Position numbers and translations under genes: made by a program. The notes below the pieces were generated by a model, which did no database searches, was not told the DNA's origin, and saw nothing but the letters and a program-made list of their open reading frames with translations. Source: Actinomycetota bacterium (GTDB lineage Bacteria > Actinomycetota > UBA4738 > HRBIN12). From it: DNA of 49,035 nt. Below are positions 25,355 to 34,788 of the stretch, piece after piece; position 1 is the stretch's first letter; each line of letters starts with the position of its first letter. Location: positions 1-49,035 of the forward strand of contig DATLPI010000121.1 of the NCBI GenBank assembly GCA_035535815.1, read 5' to 3'.

Positions 25355-28300
25355 AAGGCGCCCTCATCGTCGCCACCGCGCTGCCGCTTGCGGGCGGCGG
25401 TCCTGGCCAACCGGCTGCGAAGGCTCGGCTCGGCCACGGGCTGGTCGTCGGGATCGGCGTCTGGCTCATCTGAAGCACCGCTCGGGTCATGCATCGACGG
25501 TTCATCCGGCGGGGCCTGGCGGGAAGGCCGGTCACCGTCGGGTTCGACCCCGTGGCGAATCGCCGTGAGATCGGCTTCGAACCTCGCGGCTCGTTCCTGC
25601 GCGTCGTGCATCTTCGTCATCGTCGATGCGAGCTGAGCGCGGAGCCGCTCGACCTCGTTCCGGAGCTCCAGCTCCTCGGGCGTTTCCGACGGGAGTTGGC
25701 CGTGCTGGCGCGCCGCCGTGACGAGTGCCTGCGCGGATTCGGTCTGGGCATAGGCGTGGCGGAGGCGTTCGGACATCTGGTCGAGCTGCTCCTGAAGGTG
25801 TTCGACCTCGGCGTTCAGCTCCGCGACGTCCTGCCCGCCGCCATCCGGGGCTGGGCCCGACAGCAACCCTTCGGGTTCAGAACCGGTCTTTCGGCGCACC
25901 GCATCGACGGCGGCCGAGCGTGCCTCCTCGACGGCCGCTTCGGCCTCCGACCGCGCCTTCTCGATCGCCTCAGCCGCCTCGGCGACCGCGGTTTCCGCAG
26001 CGGCACGGGCCTCCGTCGCCTCGGCTTTGAAGGCCTGAGCCGACGCCGTCGCCTCGGCGGCCCGCATCTCGAGGTGGCTCATCGAACGCTCGAAATCCTG
26101 GAGCGATTCCTCGGCGGCCGCCGCGCGGGTCACCGCCGCGGAGGCGGCGCTCTGCGCCTCGGCGATCGCGGCATCTGCCTGAGCGGCGGTAGCCTGCGCG
26201 GCCTCCAACGCTGCCTGTTGCTGGAGGAACTGCTGTTCCCACGCCTTGGCCCGGCCGTCAGCCTCGGCCATCTCGGCCTCGAGCGCCGCGAGACGTTCGC
26301 GAGCATCGGTTCGTGCCTGGTCGACCTGGGCTTCGGCGGTCTCCTGCAGGGCGGCGCGGTGCGACTCGACCTCCCGTTCGGCGGCGCTCGCCCGCGCCTC
26401 GGCCGCGGCGACGGCGGCCTCGGCCCGGTCGGCTCGAGCGCGCTCGAGCACGAGCGCTGACTCGGCCAGTTCGGTGGCTTCGCGCACGGTGGTGTCGCCG
26501 CGCTCCCTCGCCTCGGCCACGATCGCCTCGGCGGCATCGAGGGCTGCCTGCAGATCGGCTTCGGTGGCGGTGCGTACGGCGATCTCTGCGTGGAGTTCGG
26601 CGACGCTGGACTCGAGCGCCCGTTGCTCGGTGGTGGCGGCCTGCACCTGCCCGCGGAGCGTCTCGGAGGCTGCCCGCTCCGACGCCGCTTGCGCGAGCGC
26701 CGCGGTGACGTCGTCGCGAGCGGTCGCGAGTTCGTCGCGGAGGCTCGAGCGTTCCTCCTCCGATGCTTCGAACCGCTGCCGGATGACGGCGGCCTCCTGC
26801 TGCACGGCGCCAACCTCCTCGCGGTGGGCGGTGGCGGCCTCGCGTTCGGCGGCCTCGGCCTCCGCGCGGATGGTCTCTGCTTCCGCGCGAGCGGCATGGA
26901 GCTCTCCGCGCATGGCGCCGATCTCGACGCGGATCGTTTCGGTTTCCTGTTCGGCGGACTCGGCGGCGGCGCGAGCGGCCTCGATCTCCTCACGCGCGGC
27001 CTCGGCCTCGCGACGGGCCCGGTCGGACTCCTCGCTGGTGAGGCCGACCTGCTGGCGGGCCCGTTCGGCCTCGAGCCGAAGCTCCGCCAGGCTCGACTCG
27101 TATCGTTGCCGAACCTGCTCGATCTCGGTGCGAGCCTCCTGGGTCTCGGTGCGGGCGGACTCGGCGTCGGCTCGAGCGACCTCGGCCGACTCCACGGCAG
27201 ACCGGAGTTCCTCATGCGCAGCGTCGCGCTCTCGCTGCGCGACCTCCGCCTGCTCGCGGACCGCATCCGCGTCATCGCTCACGCTCTCCAGTTGGGACCG
27301 CATCGCGTCCGCCTCACGTCGCGCGGCGATCACCTCGGCGCGAACGGTCTCGATCTCTGCACGGGCCGCTTCGGCCTCGGCACGCGCGGTCTCGGCCTCG
27401 GCGCGGGCGGTGGAACCGGCGGCGTCGGCCTGTACACGGGCGGACTCGGCCACCTCGCGCAGAGCTGTGATCTCCACGCGTGCGGCGTCGGCCTCCTCAT
27501 ACGCGCTCGCGGCCGCTGCACGTGCCATCTCGGCGTCGGCGCGGGCGGTCTCGGCCTCGGCACGGGCGGTGGAACCGGCAGCGTCGGCCTGCACGCGGGC
27601 GGCCTCGGCCATCTCCCGCAGGGTCGTGACCTCCACGCGTGCGGCGTCGGCCTCCTCTCGAGCGGCCGCGGCATCTTCACGCGCGGTCGCGGCCGCTCCA
27701 CGAGCCGCTTCGGCTTCTTCGCGTGCGGCGACCAGCTGCTCGGTGGCGGCCTCGCTCCGGCGACGAGCATCCTCTGCAGCCTCCGAGGAACCTTCCTTCG
27801 ATGCGAGAGCAGAGGCGAGTTCGCCCTCCAGCTCGCCGACCCGGTCGGTGGCTTCCCGCGCGAGCGCCTCCAGTTCCTGCGTGCGCTCAGCCGATGCGGC
27901 GAGCTGACCGGTGAGCTCGTCGGCGCGCTCGGCTCGCGACCGGGCCAGCGCCAGTTCCTTCTCGAGTTCGGCGGCACGGTGCTCGGCTTCGGCGAGACGG
28001 GTGTCGCGGGCGGACAATGTGGCGCCGGTTTCCTCGGCGGTCGATTCCGCCCGGACCGCGCGTGCTTCCAACTCCTGGATCGTGCGTTCCGCCTCGGTGG
28101 CCCGGGCCTGGGCCTGTTGCGCGGCTGACCGGAGCTCGCCGGCTTCACGCTCGGCCTCGGCGGCACGGATCTTCGCGGCGCCGAGCTCCACGTCTCGTTC
28201 GGCGGCACGCCGCTCGGTCTCATCCGACGATTCGAGTGCCCGGGACGCGCGATCATGCTGCTGGGTCAGTTCGGCTTCGAGCTCGGCGGCGCGGCCGCGC

Positions 28301-29739
28301 TCCTCCATGAGCTGGCCTTCGAGCTGGGCGATCAGCGTCGCGGCGTTCGAATCCGTCGCCTCGACCTGCCCGAGTCGCGTCTGGAGATCCGCCAGCTGCT
28401 CCTCGGCGGCACGGGCGCGTTCCTCCGCATGGCGGAGCGCTTCGGCGTTGGCTTCCACGTCGGCCTCGGCGTTCCCGGCTTCGGCTTGGACGGCATCGAG
28501 CTTCGCGTTCGCCTGCGTTGCCTGCGCGCGGGCGTTGGCGACCGCCGTCTCGAGTTCCATCACCCGGGCCTCGAACCCCAAGAGCTTCTGCTCGGTGTCG
28601 GCGGCCTTGCGCACCTCCTGCTGCACGCGATCGTTCGCCTGGGCGAGCTCGGTTCGCAGAGCGACCAGCTCGTGGGCATCGACGTCGGGCGCCGCATCCG
28701 CAGACGGTGCGGCGGCCCTCGCCGCTTCGAGTTCGCCGACCTTGGCTTCGAGATCGCGGACCCGCGACCGCGCCTGATCGGCACGTTCCCGCTCGTCGCC
28801 AGCCTGTTGTTCCAGCTCGCGGAGGCGAGCCTCGGCGGCGGGGTCGTTGCCGGGTGCGGCTTCGGCGACCGCCTTGCCCACCCGGGCTTCCTCGAGCGCG
28901 GCCTCGAGCTCGGCGATCTTGCGACCGGCGTTCTCGTCGGCGCTGGAGACCTGGGTGCGGAGCTGGCCGATCTGCCGCTCGAGCTCGTCGCGCTTGGCCT
29001 CGGCATCCTCCGCGCGTGTCTCGGCGCGAGCGAGTTCCTTCATCGACGACGAAGCGCCACGACGACTTCCGCCGTCACCGGACGCGACCTTGGCGGCGCG
29101 CCGGCGTCCGGCCGAGACGAACCCGCCATCACGGGACACACCGATGGGCAGGGTCGCCACGATCGCCAGCAACAGGAACAGGATCGCTCCGGCGATCGCG
29201 ACCATCCGGAGCAGCGACCACGGCGACGCGACCCGTTGGGCGATCGGCTGGTAGCCCTGATCCACCTGGACGGCCCCGAGCGCGTCGGGTCCACCGAGAC
29301 GGAGCGGAACGTAGGTCTGGTAGACCTCACCGTCTGCGCTCAGCACGGAGACGGGCTTGCCGCCCCCGGTGGTGGCGACGGCGATCGAAGGGAAATCTCC
29401 CAGGAGCTCACCGGGTTGGTCGGCGGCGTCGGTCGAGAACAACAGGTCACCTTCAGGCGACCACACGCGGATGCGGAACACCGTGCCGTCTGCCAGCACC
29501 CCCCGCTGCAAACGGTCGAGGAGGTCGCGGCCCTGGCCGCCGTCGATCACCGCTTCCGTATCAGAGGTTTCGAGCACCGAGGCGACCCCGGCCGTGGCCA
29601 GCCCCTTCGCCGTGGCCTGGGCGTCGATCCGGCTCTGTTCCAGGGCCTTGGCGCCGAAGACCCCCACGGCGAAGAACGCTGCGACGCAGACAACGGTGAG
29701 CACGATGAACGTGCCCCGTCGTCGGCGGAGTGCCACCAT
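25345..29739 (-). CDS. Membrane-anchored giant coiled-coil protein with sensor-like ectodomain (about 1464 aa)
   Basis: The probable start is ATG at 29739 (MVALRRRRGTFIVL...). The layout is TM1, a roughly 145-aa extracytoplasmic domain (...GTVFRIRVWSPEGDLLFSTD...EVYQTYVPL...GAVQVDQGY...), TM2 and then more than 1100 aa of Ala/Glu/Arg-rich heptad-like sequence. An acidic-then-basic tail ends the protein. No enzymatic motif is visible. Confidence 0.8.
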   Translation of the reverse strand: MVALRRRRGTFIVLTVVCVAAFFAVGVFGAKALEQSRIDAQATAKGLATAGVASVLETSDTEAVIDGGQGRDLLDRLQRGVLADGTVFRIRVWSPEGDLLFSTDAADQPGELLGDFPSIAVATTGGGKPVSVLSADGEVYQTYVPLRLGGPDALGAVQVDQGYQPIAQRVASPWSLLRMVAIAGAILFLLLAIVATLPIGVSRDGGFVSAGRRRAAKVASGDGGSRRGASSSMKELARAETRAEDAEAKRDELERQIGQLRTQVSSADENAGRKIAELEAALEEARVGKAVAEAAPGNDPAAEARLRELEQQAGDERERADQARSRVRDLEAKVGELEAARAAAPSADAAPDVDAHELVALRTELAQANDRVQQEVRKAADTEQKLLGFEARVMELETAVANARAQATQANAKLDAVQAEAGNAEADVEANAEALRHAEERARAAEEQLADLQTRLGQVEATDSNAATLIAQLEGQLMEERGRAAELEAELTQQHDRASRALESSDETERRAAERDVELGAAKIRAAEAEREAGELRSAAQQAQARATEAERTIQELEARAVRAESTAEETGATLSARDTRLAEAEHRAAELEKELALARSRAERADELTGQLAASAERTQELEALAREATDRVGELEGELASALASKEGSSEAAEDARRRSEAATEQLVAAREEAEAARGAAATAREDAAAAREEADAARVEVTTLREMAEAARVQADAAGSTARAEAETARADAEMARAAAASAYEEADAARVEITALREVAESARVQADAAGSTARAEAETARAEAEAARAEIETVRAEVIAARREADAMRSQLESVSDDADAVREQAEVAQRERDAAHEELRSAVESAEVARADAESARTETQEARTEIEQVRQRYESSLAELRLEAERARQQVGLTSEESDRARREAEAAREEIEAARAAAESAEQETETIRVEIGAMRGELHAARAEAETIRAEAEAAEREAATAHREEVGAVQQEAAVIRQRFEASEEERSSLRDELATARDDVTAALAQAASERAASETLRGQVQAATTEQRALESSVAELHAEIAVRTATEADLQAALDAAEAIVAEARERGDTTVREATELAESALVLERARADRAEAAVAAAEARASAAEREVESHRAALQETAEAQVDQARTDARERLAALEAEMAEADGRAKAWEQQFLQQQAALEAAQATAAQADAAIAEAQSAASAAVTRAAAAEESLQDFERSMSHLEMRAAEATASAQAFKAEATEARAAAETAVAEAAEAIEKARSEAEAAVEEARSAAVDAVRRKTGSEPEGLLSGPAPDGGGQDVAELNAEVEHLQEQLDQMSERLRHAYAQTESAQALVTAARQHGQLPSETPEELELRNEVERLRAQLASTMTKMHDAQERAARFEADLTAIRHGVEPDGDRPSRQAPPDEPSMHDPSGASDEPDADPDDQPVAEPSLRSRLARTAARKRQRGGDDEGAFYG
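27389..27655 (-). repeat. 159-bp (53-codon) tandem duplication inside the coiled-coil gene
   Basis: The roughly 105-nt cores starting at 27389 and 27548 are near-identical by eye (GTCTCGGCCTCGGC.CGGGCGGTGGAACCGGC.GCGTCGGCCTG.AC.CGGGCGG.CTCGGCCA.CTC.CGCAG...CTCCACGCGTGCGGCGTCGGCCTCCT). They encode EEADAARVE[VI]T[TA]LRE[MV]AE[AS]ARVQADAAGSTARAEAETARA twice. Confidence 0.75.
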
Positions 29740-29884
29740 CGCGAAACCGCTACTCACGCATCCCCTCGGTTCATGCCAGGCCGATCGCTCGTTGCTCTCA
29801 CGGTGTTCATCGGCCCATCCGGGGGTGACCCTGAGCCCTAGGTTCGTTGCGATAGGCCGGATGCCCACCTAGGCTCGCCGCGGG

Positions 29885-30829
29885 TTGAAGCACTCAGGAA
29901 CGTCCCGCCCGAACCTGCTCGCCGTCTGCGCGGTGGTGGTCCTGCTTGCGTCGGCCTGCGAGACACCCGGGACCGTGTCCGGATCGGCGACCTGCACGCA
30001 GGGAACGACCAGGGTCACGGTCTTCCAGGGCCCCAGCGGACACTGCCTGCCGCGCGACCGGCTGGTCGAGTTCCGATGCGACGGGCAGGCGCCCGAGATC
30101 GTGATCGACGCGGGCAGCGCGCGCGAGCGCCGATTCCTCGGGGGCGGGTTCGCCACGCGGATCGGCCGATTGCCGACCGGCGCGCAGGTGCTGGGGGTGG
30201 GCGACGGGACCCAGGCCGTCGTGCTCCCCGACGCCGACCAGTGGCTGTTCACGGTGAAAGGGACCGAGGTGCAGCGTTGGCTCGCCTTGCCGCCGGCCGA
30301 GACGGTGACGCGCGGCGGTCCGACGGCGTTCATGATCGGCGACTCGATCCTTGACGGAGGCCAGTACGCGATCGCGGCGGCCCTGCCCGATTGGACGCTG
30401 GGCTTCGACGCCCTCAACGGCCGTGGATCGGTCTCGGGGGTCTCGATCGCCGAGCGGCAGGCGGGGGCCGGCAACGATGCCGTGGTCGTCGAACTGGGCA
30501 CGAACGATCAGTCGCCCGAGGCGTTCCGTGACCACGCGCGAGAGATCCTGTCCGCCTTGAAGGCGACGCCGTTGGTGCTGTGGCAGACCGTGCAGGGCCC
30601 GACCGGCGTGGTGCAGGCCGAGGGCGTCAACGCCGCGATCCGCGAACTGGTGGGCTCCCGGCCCACGGCAGCGATCGCCGACTGGGCCGGGCTGGTGGGA
30701 GAGGAGGAGCTGTCCTACGACGGCGTGCACCCCGACCTCGGGCACGAGGACGCCATGGCCGGGGTGGTGGCGCCGATGCTCAACCGTTGGTGGGATGCCA
30801 CCACGGCCGATGATCCCGGCTGCGACTGA
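29885..30829 (+). CDS. SGNH/GDSL-hydrolase lipoprotein
   Basis: The start is TTG. The signal plus lipobox is LLAVCAVVVLLASAC. Block I is FMIGDSI, block III is ELGTND and block V is DGVHPD. Confidence 0.8.
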   Translation: MKHSGTSRPNLLAVCAVVVLLASACETPGTVSGSATCTQGTTRVTVFQGPSGHCLPRDRLVEFRCDGQAPEIVIDAGSARERRFLGGGFATRIGRLPTGAQVLGVGDGTQAVVLPDADQWLFTVKGTEVQRWLALPPAETVTRGGPTAFMIGDSILDGGQYAIAAALPDWTLGFDALNGRGSVSGVSIAERQAGAGNDAVVVELGTNDQSPEAFRDHAREILSALKATPLVLWQTVQGPTGVVQAEGVNAAIRELVGSRPTAAIADWAGLVGEEELSYDGVHPDLGHEDAMAGVVAPMLNRWWDATTADDPGCD

Positions 30830-30838
30830 GTCCGTCGT

Positions 30839-31918
30839 TCAGCCGGTCAACCGGTAGAACCGGAACCCGTCGTGCTCGATGGGGAGGATCTCCATGTCGC
30901 TGAACCCCGCCTCGAGCGCATACAGCCGCAAGGTGGAGGGCCGCATCACGGTTCCCGTGCCGGAGGCTCCCTCGGACGACATCGCATCGATCAGACACAC
31001 CGTCGTCGAGAAGCCGTAGAGGTAGCGCTCGACGTCGTCGCCGATCGCACCGAAGGTCTCCGCGGAACGCTCGTCCATCACGACGACCGTGCCATCGGGG
31101 CTGCGGAGCCGCCGCATCGTCCGCAGGACCTCTATCGGATACGGCAGATCATGGATGCACTCGAAGGCGGCGACGAGGTCGAACTGCCCCTCCCCTTCGA
31201 CGAGCGCCGCGTCATCGACGTGGAAGCGCACGCGATCTTGCAGGTTCAGCTCGGCCGCGTTCGCGCGCGCGGTCTCGACCGCGGGTTCGTCGGGATCGAA
31301 CCCGTCGACGGACGCCTCCGGGTAGGCCATGGCCATGGCGATCGAGGACCAGCCGTGGCCGGATCCCACGTCGGCGACCCGTCCACCCGCCTGCAACGCG
31401 GCATGCACGTCCGGGATCGAAGGGAACCAGTCGCTGCCCAGCAGGTGGAGGAAGGTGGCACGGTTGACGTCCCCCTGCGATTCGCGCATGTCGGGGCCGA
31501 ACTCGTCCCAGCTCACGCCGCCTCCGGACCGGTAGGCCTCGACCACCTCGGGAAGCCTCGTGCCCGCCGACGCGACCTGCCGGGCCGCCGGCGCCAGGTA
31601 GCGCAGACTCTCGGTGTCCGTGAGCACCTCTTCATGTCCGGGCGGAAGGGCGTAGCGGCGCGCGGTGGGCTCGGCCCCGACGTCGTCGACGGACAGGTAG
31701 CCCGTGGTCACCTGCTGTTCGAGCCATTCACGGGTGTGCCGTTCGGCGGCCCCAACCCTGGCCGCCAGCTCCACCGACGTCGCCGGGCCATCGGCCGCGA
31801 GCGCCCGGTAATAGCCGAGACGGTCTCCGATGTAGACGGCATAGATGTCGAAGGTCTCCAGCACCGCCCCGAAGATCCTGCTCGCAAGGGCGTCCGCCGC
31901 CGCGTCACGATCCGACAT
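30839..31918 (-). CDS. Class I SAM-dependent methyltransferase with N-terminal winged-helix domain
   Basis: ...VADVGSGHGWSS... is the SAM motif I, and an N-terminal HTH-like dimerisation segment is present. Confidence 0.8.
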   Translation of the reverse strand: MSDRDAAADALASRIFGAVLETFDIYAVYIGDRLGYYRALAADGPATSVELAARVGAAERHTREWLEQQVTTGYLSVDDVGAEPTARRYALPPGHEEVLTDTESLRYLAPAARQVASAGTRLPEVVEAYRSGGGVSWDEFGPDMRESQGDVNRATFLHLLGSDWFPSIPDVHAALQAGGRVADVGSGHGWSSIAMAMAYPEASVDGFDPDEPAVETARANAAELNLQDRVRFHVDDAALVEGEGQFDLVAAFECIHDLPYPIEVLRTMRRLRSPDGTVVVMDERSAETFGAIGDDVERYLYGFSTTVCLIDAMSSEGASGTGTVMRPSTLRLYALEAGFSDMEILPIEHDGFRFYRLTG

Positions 31919-32008
31919 GTCCGTTCCTTCCTCCCGTCGTCCGGACGAGCCTAGTCGGACGAGCAGGGCGGGGTCTCCTCCACGGGTTCAGGGGGAAGCC
32001 GGCGCAGC

Positions 32009-32455
32009 ATGTGCCAGGATTCGGTCATGCCGGGCAAGCGCGTCGAGGACCTGTTGCGGGACGCCCGCGCACGGTTGCAGCGCATCACCCCCGAGCAGGC
32101 ACACGCCGAACAGCGCGACCATGGGGCGCTCATCGTCGACACCCGCACCTTCGAGCAACGTCGCGCGCAAGGGTCGATCCCCGGGGCGCTGGTGATCGAT
32201 CGCACGGTGTTCGAGTGGCGGCTCGACCCCGCGAGCGCGCACCACGTGGCCGGCGTCACCGACCACGATGTTCGCATCATCGTGATCTGTCGCCAGGGCT
32301 TCAGCTCATCGCTGGCCGCGGCCTCGCTGCTCGACCTCGGTCTGCACCGGGCCACCGACGTGATCGGCGGGTTCGACGCCTGGCGCGACGCCGGACTGCC
32401 CGTCGAGGCCTTCGATCCGGAGACCTACAACCCTTCGCCGATCGACACCGACTGA
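32009..32455 (+). CDS. Rhodanese-domain sulfurtransferase
   Basis: ...IVDTRTFEQRRAQGSIPGAL... and the active-site loop VICRQGFSSS are present. An alternative ATG lies at 32027. Confidence 0.8.
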   Translation: MCQDSVMPGKRVEDLLRDARARLQRITPEQAHAEQRDHGALIVDTRTFEQRRAQGSIPGALVIDRTVFEWRLDPASAHHVAGVTDHDVRIIVICRQGFSSSLAAASLLDLGLHRATDVIGGFDAWRDAGLPVEAFDPETYNPSPIDTD

Positions 32456-33357
32456 CGGCCGGCACGGATCATGATGGCGGCCGTCGCCGCCACCACCACG
32501 AGCCCGCCGGCGATCGTCAGCTCCGTGGGAGCCTCGGACAGCAGGATCCACCCCGCGGCGGTGGCGATCACCGGCTGCAGCTGCGTGATGAGCGAGCCCA
32601 GCCACGCTTCGAGGTGGCGGTGCGACCACGAGATCAACGAGTGCCCGATGAAGCCGGGGAAGATCGTGACGAGCCAGATCCATCCCCAGTCGGCGCGCGA
32701 GGGCCATGACAGCGACTGCCCGAACGCCAGCGCCAGGAACGTCATGATCACCGCGGCCACGGTCATCACGCACGCCATGTACTCGAGGGCGCCGACCTCG
32801 GTGCGAGATCGCGCCCGCTTGGAGAAGAGCCAGTAGCAGGTCCAACTCAGGACGCTCGCGGCGGCGAACGCGTCGCCGAGCGGGCTCCACGTGGGCGAGC
32901 CGGCGGAGCCGAGCGCCACCATGGCCACGCCCGCGAACGACATCCCCACGAACACCAGGTCGCGACGCTCCACGCGTTCCCCGAACCACCGCGCCGCACC
33001 CAGCGTGATGAACACCGGCGCCAGCGCCCCGATGATCGTGGCGTTCGCGATGCTCGTCAGCCGGAACGCGCTGAACGTGAACGCGATGTCGAAAGCGAAG
33101 AACACCCCGCCCAGCGCGCACACCCGCATCACCGACCAGCGCACCCGCCGTCCCGTGAAGGCGAACACCACCGCGTAAACCAGCACACCCATCCACAGCC
33201 GATAGGTGGCGAAGGCCAAGGTCGGCATGTCGGTCTCCTTGAAGACCAGCGGCACCAGCCCCCAGATCACGGTGGTGATCGAGACGGCGACGATGCCGCC
33301 GCCGCGATGGGTGAGCTCGGCGGAAGCCTCGTCAGCGCGAGATGACGGAGATGCCAT
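32425..33357 (-). CDS. EamA/DMT-family transporter
   Basis: From the ATG at 33357 the protein has 10 predicted TM helices and a duplicated EamA-like architecture. Its 3' end overlaps the rhodanese gene by 31 nt (convergent). Confidence 0.85.
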   Translation of the reverse strand: MASPSSRADEASAELTHRGGGIVAVSITTVIWGLVPLVFKETDMPTLAFATYRLWMGVLVYAVVFAFTGRRVRWSVMRVCALGGVFFAFDIAFTFSAFRLTSIANATIIGALAPVFITLGAARWFGERVERRDLVFVGMSFAGVAMVALGSAGSPTWSPLGDAFAAASVLSWTCYWLFSKRARSRTEVGALEYMACVMTVAAVIMTFLALAFGQSLSWPSRADWGWIWLVTIFPGFIGHSLISWSHRHLEAWLGSLITQLQPVIATAAGWILLSEAPTELTIAGGLVVVAATAAIMIRAGRQSVSIGEGL

Positions 33358-33390
33358 GCCCGGGACGCTATCAGCGACTACGGTTACCCC

Positions 33391-34779
33391 ATGCCCTCGC
33401 CCCGAACGCCCCACTACCTGTCCGTCGAGGAGCGCCGAGCCCAGGGCAAGCAGGCCCGTGAACGCGCGCCCCGCTCCAGCATCGGAGCGTGGCGGCCGGC
33501 GCCCGATCGCCCAGATCCCGTTGCGACGCTGACCGCGCAGGACGACACGCGTGAGCCCGACCTGGTGCCGATCCGCCACGGCCGGATGATGGTCTCGCCC
33601 TTCACGTTCTACCGGGGCGGAGCCAGGATCATGGCGTGGGATCTGGCCGGCGTGGCCACCTCCGGGCTGAAGGTCCAGCTCTGCGGCGACGCGCACCTGT
33701 CGAATTTCGGCGTGTTCGCCTCACCGGAGCGCCAGCTGCTGTTCGACATCAACGACTTCGACGAAACGCTTCCCGGTCCGTTCGAGTGGGACGTGGCGCG
33801 CCTCGCGGCGAGCTTCGTCATCGCCTCGCGCAACAACGGGTTCACCGAAGAAGAGGCGCGCGTCTCGGCCGTCGCCGCCGCCACGGCCTACCGGGAGGCG
33901 ATGGCGGGCTTCGCGCAGATGCGCACGCTGGAGATCTGGTACGCGCACCTGTCGGCCGAGGAGATCCTCGCCTCGGTGCGCACGCCGAGGTTGAAGGAGT
34001 CGATCCAACGAGGGTTGGACCACTCGAGGACGCGGGACAGCCTCCAAGCGCTCACCAAGTTGGCCGAGATGGTCGACGGGCACTACCGGATCGTGTCGCG
34101 GCCCCCGGTGGTCATGCCGATCCGCGACCTCGCGCACCTGAGTGAGGAAGACGTCCAGGCGGGCATCCACGAGATGCTCCACGAATACCGTCGGTCGCTG
34201 CCCGACGAGCGACGCCACCTCCTGGAGCGCTATCGCTTCACCGATGCGGCGCACAAGATCGTCGGTGTCGGCAGCGTGGGGCTGCGGGCGTTCATCGCCT
34301 TGCTGCAGGGGCGCGACCAAGACGACCCATTGTTCCTGCAGATGAAGGAGGCACGCCACTCGGTGTTGGAGGAGCACCTGCCGAAGTCACGCTTCCGCAA
34401 CCACGGGCAACGGGTGGTGGAGGGCCAGCGCCTGATGCAGGCCGCCAGCGACATCTTCCTCGGGTGGACGAAGGGGATCGACCGACAACGCAACTACTAC
34501 TGGCGTCAGCTCCGGGACATGAAGGGTTCGCTCGACGTGGAGCACGCGCCGCCCGGCGTGATGACGCTGTATGCCCGCACGTGCGGGTGGACGCTGGCCC
34601 GTGCGCATGCGCGCTCGGGTGACCCCGTGGCGATCGCCGCCTACCTGGGGGTCAGCGACCGGTTCGATCGCGCCATGGGGGACTTCGCCGAACGGTACGC
34701 CGACGTGAACGACGGTGATCACGACGAGTTCTGCCGCGCCATCGCCGCGGGGAAGCTGCCGGTGCGCGAGGGCGTGTGA
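33391..34779 (+). CDS. DUF2252-domain protein
   Basis: ...LVPIRHGRM..SPFTFYRG...CGDAHLSNFG...LLFDINDFDET..GPFEWDVARL... is the DUF2252 signature as I recall it. Confidence 0.8.
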   Translation: MPSPRTPHYLSVEERRAQGKQARERAPRSSIGAWRPAPDRPDPVATLTAQDDTREPDLVPIRHGRMMVSPFTFYRGGARIMAWDLAGVATSGLKVQLCGDAHLSNFGVFASPERQLLFDINDFDETLPGPFEWDVARLAASFVIASRNNGFTEEEARVSAVAAATAYREAMAGFAQMRTLEIWYAHLSAEEILASVRTPRLKESIQRGLDHSRTRDSLQALTKLAEMVDGHYRIVSRPPVVMPIRDLAHLSEEDVQAGIHEMLHEYRRSLPDERRHLLERYRFTDAAHKIVGVGSVGLRAFIALLQGRDQDDPLFLQMKEARHSVLEEHLPKSRFRNHGQRVVEGQRLMQAASDIFLGWTKGIDRQRNYYWRQLRDMKGSLDVEHAPPGVMTLYARTCGWTLARAHARSGDPVAIAAYLGVSDRFDRAMGDFAERYADVNDGDHDEFCRAIAAGKLPVREGV

Positions 34780-34788
34780 ACGATGGGT

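Noticed and set aside
25400-29100. Multiple long + strand ORFs (for example 26246-27907, 26590-28128, 27911-28777, 28255-29841) and possible CRISPR-like periodicity
   Set aside because: These are mirror images of the Ala/Glu/Arg coiled-coil codons, giving Ser/Ala/Arg or Gly/Leu/Arg junk. The periodic GC-rich repeats are in-frame coding repeats. They lack the constant repeats with unique spacers that a CRISPR array would show, and no cas genes are present.
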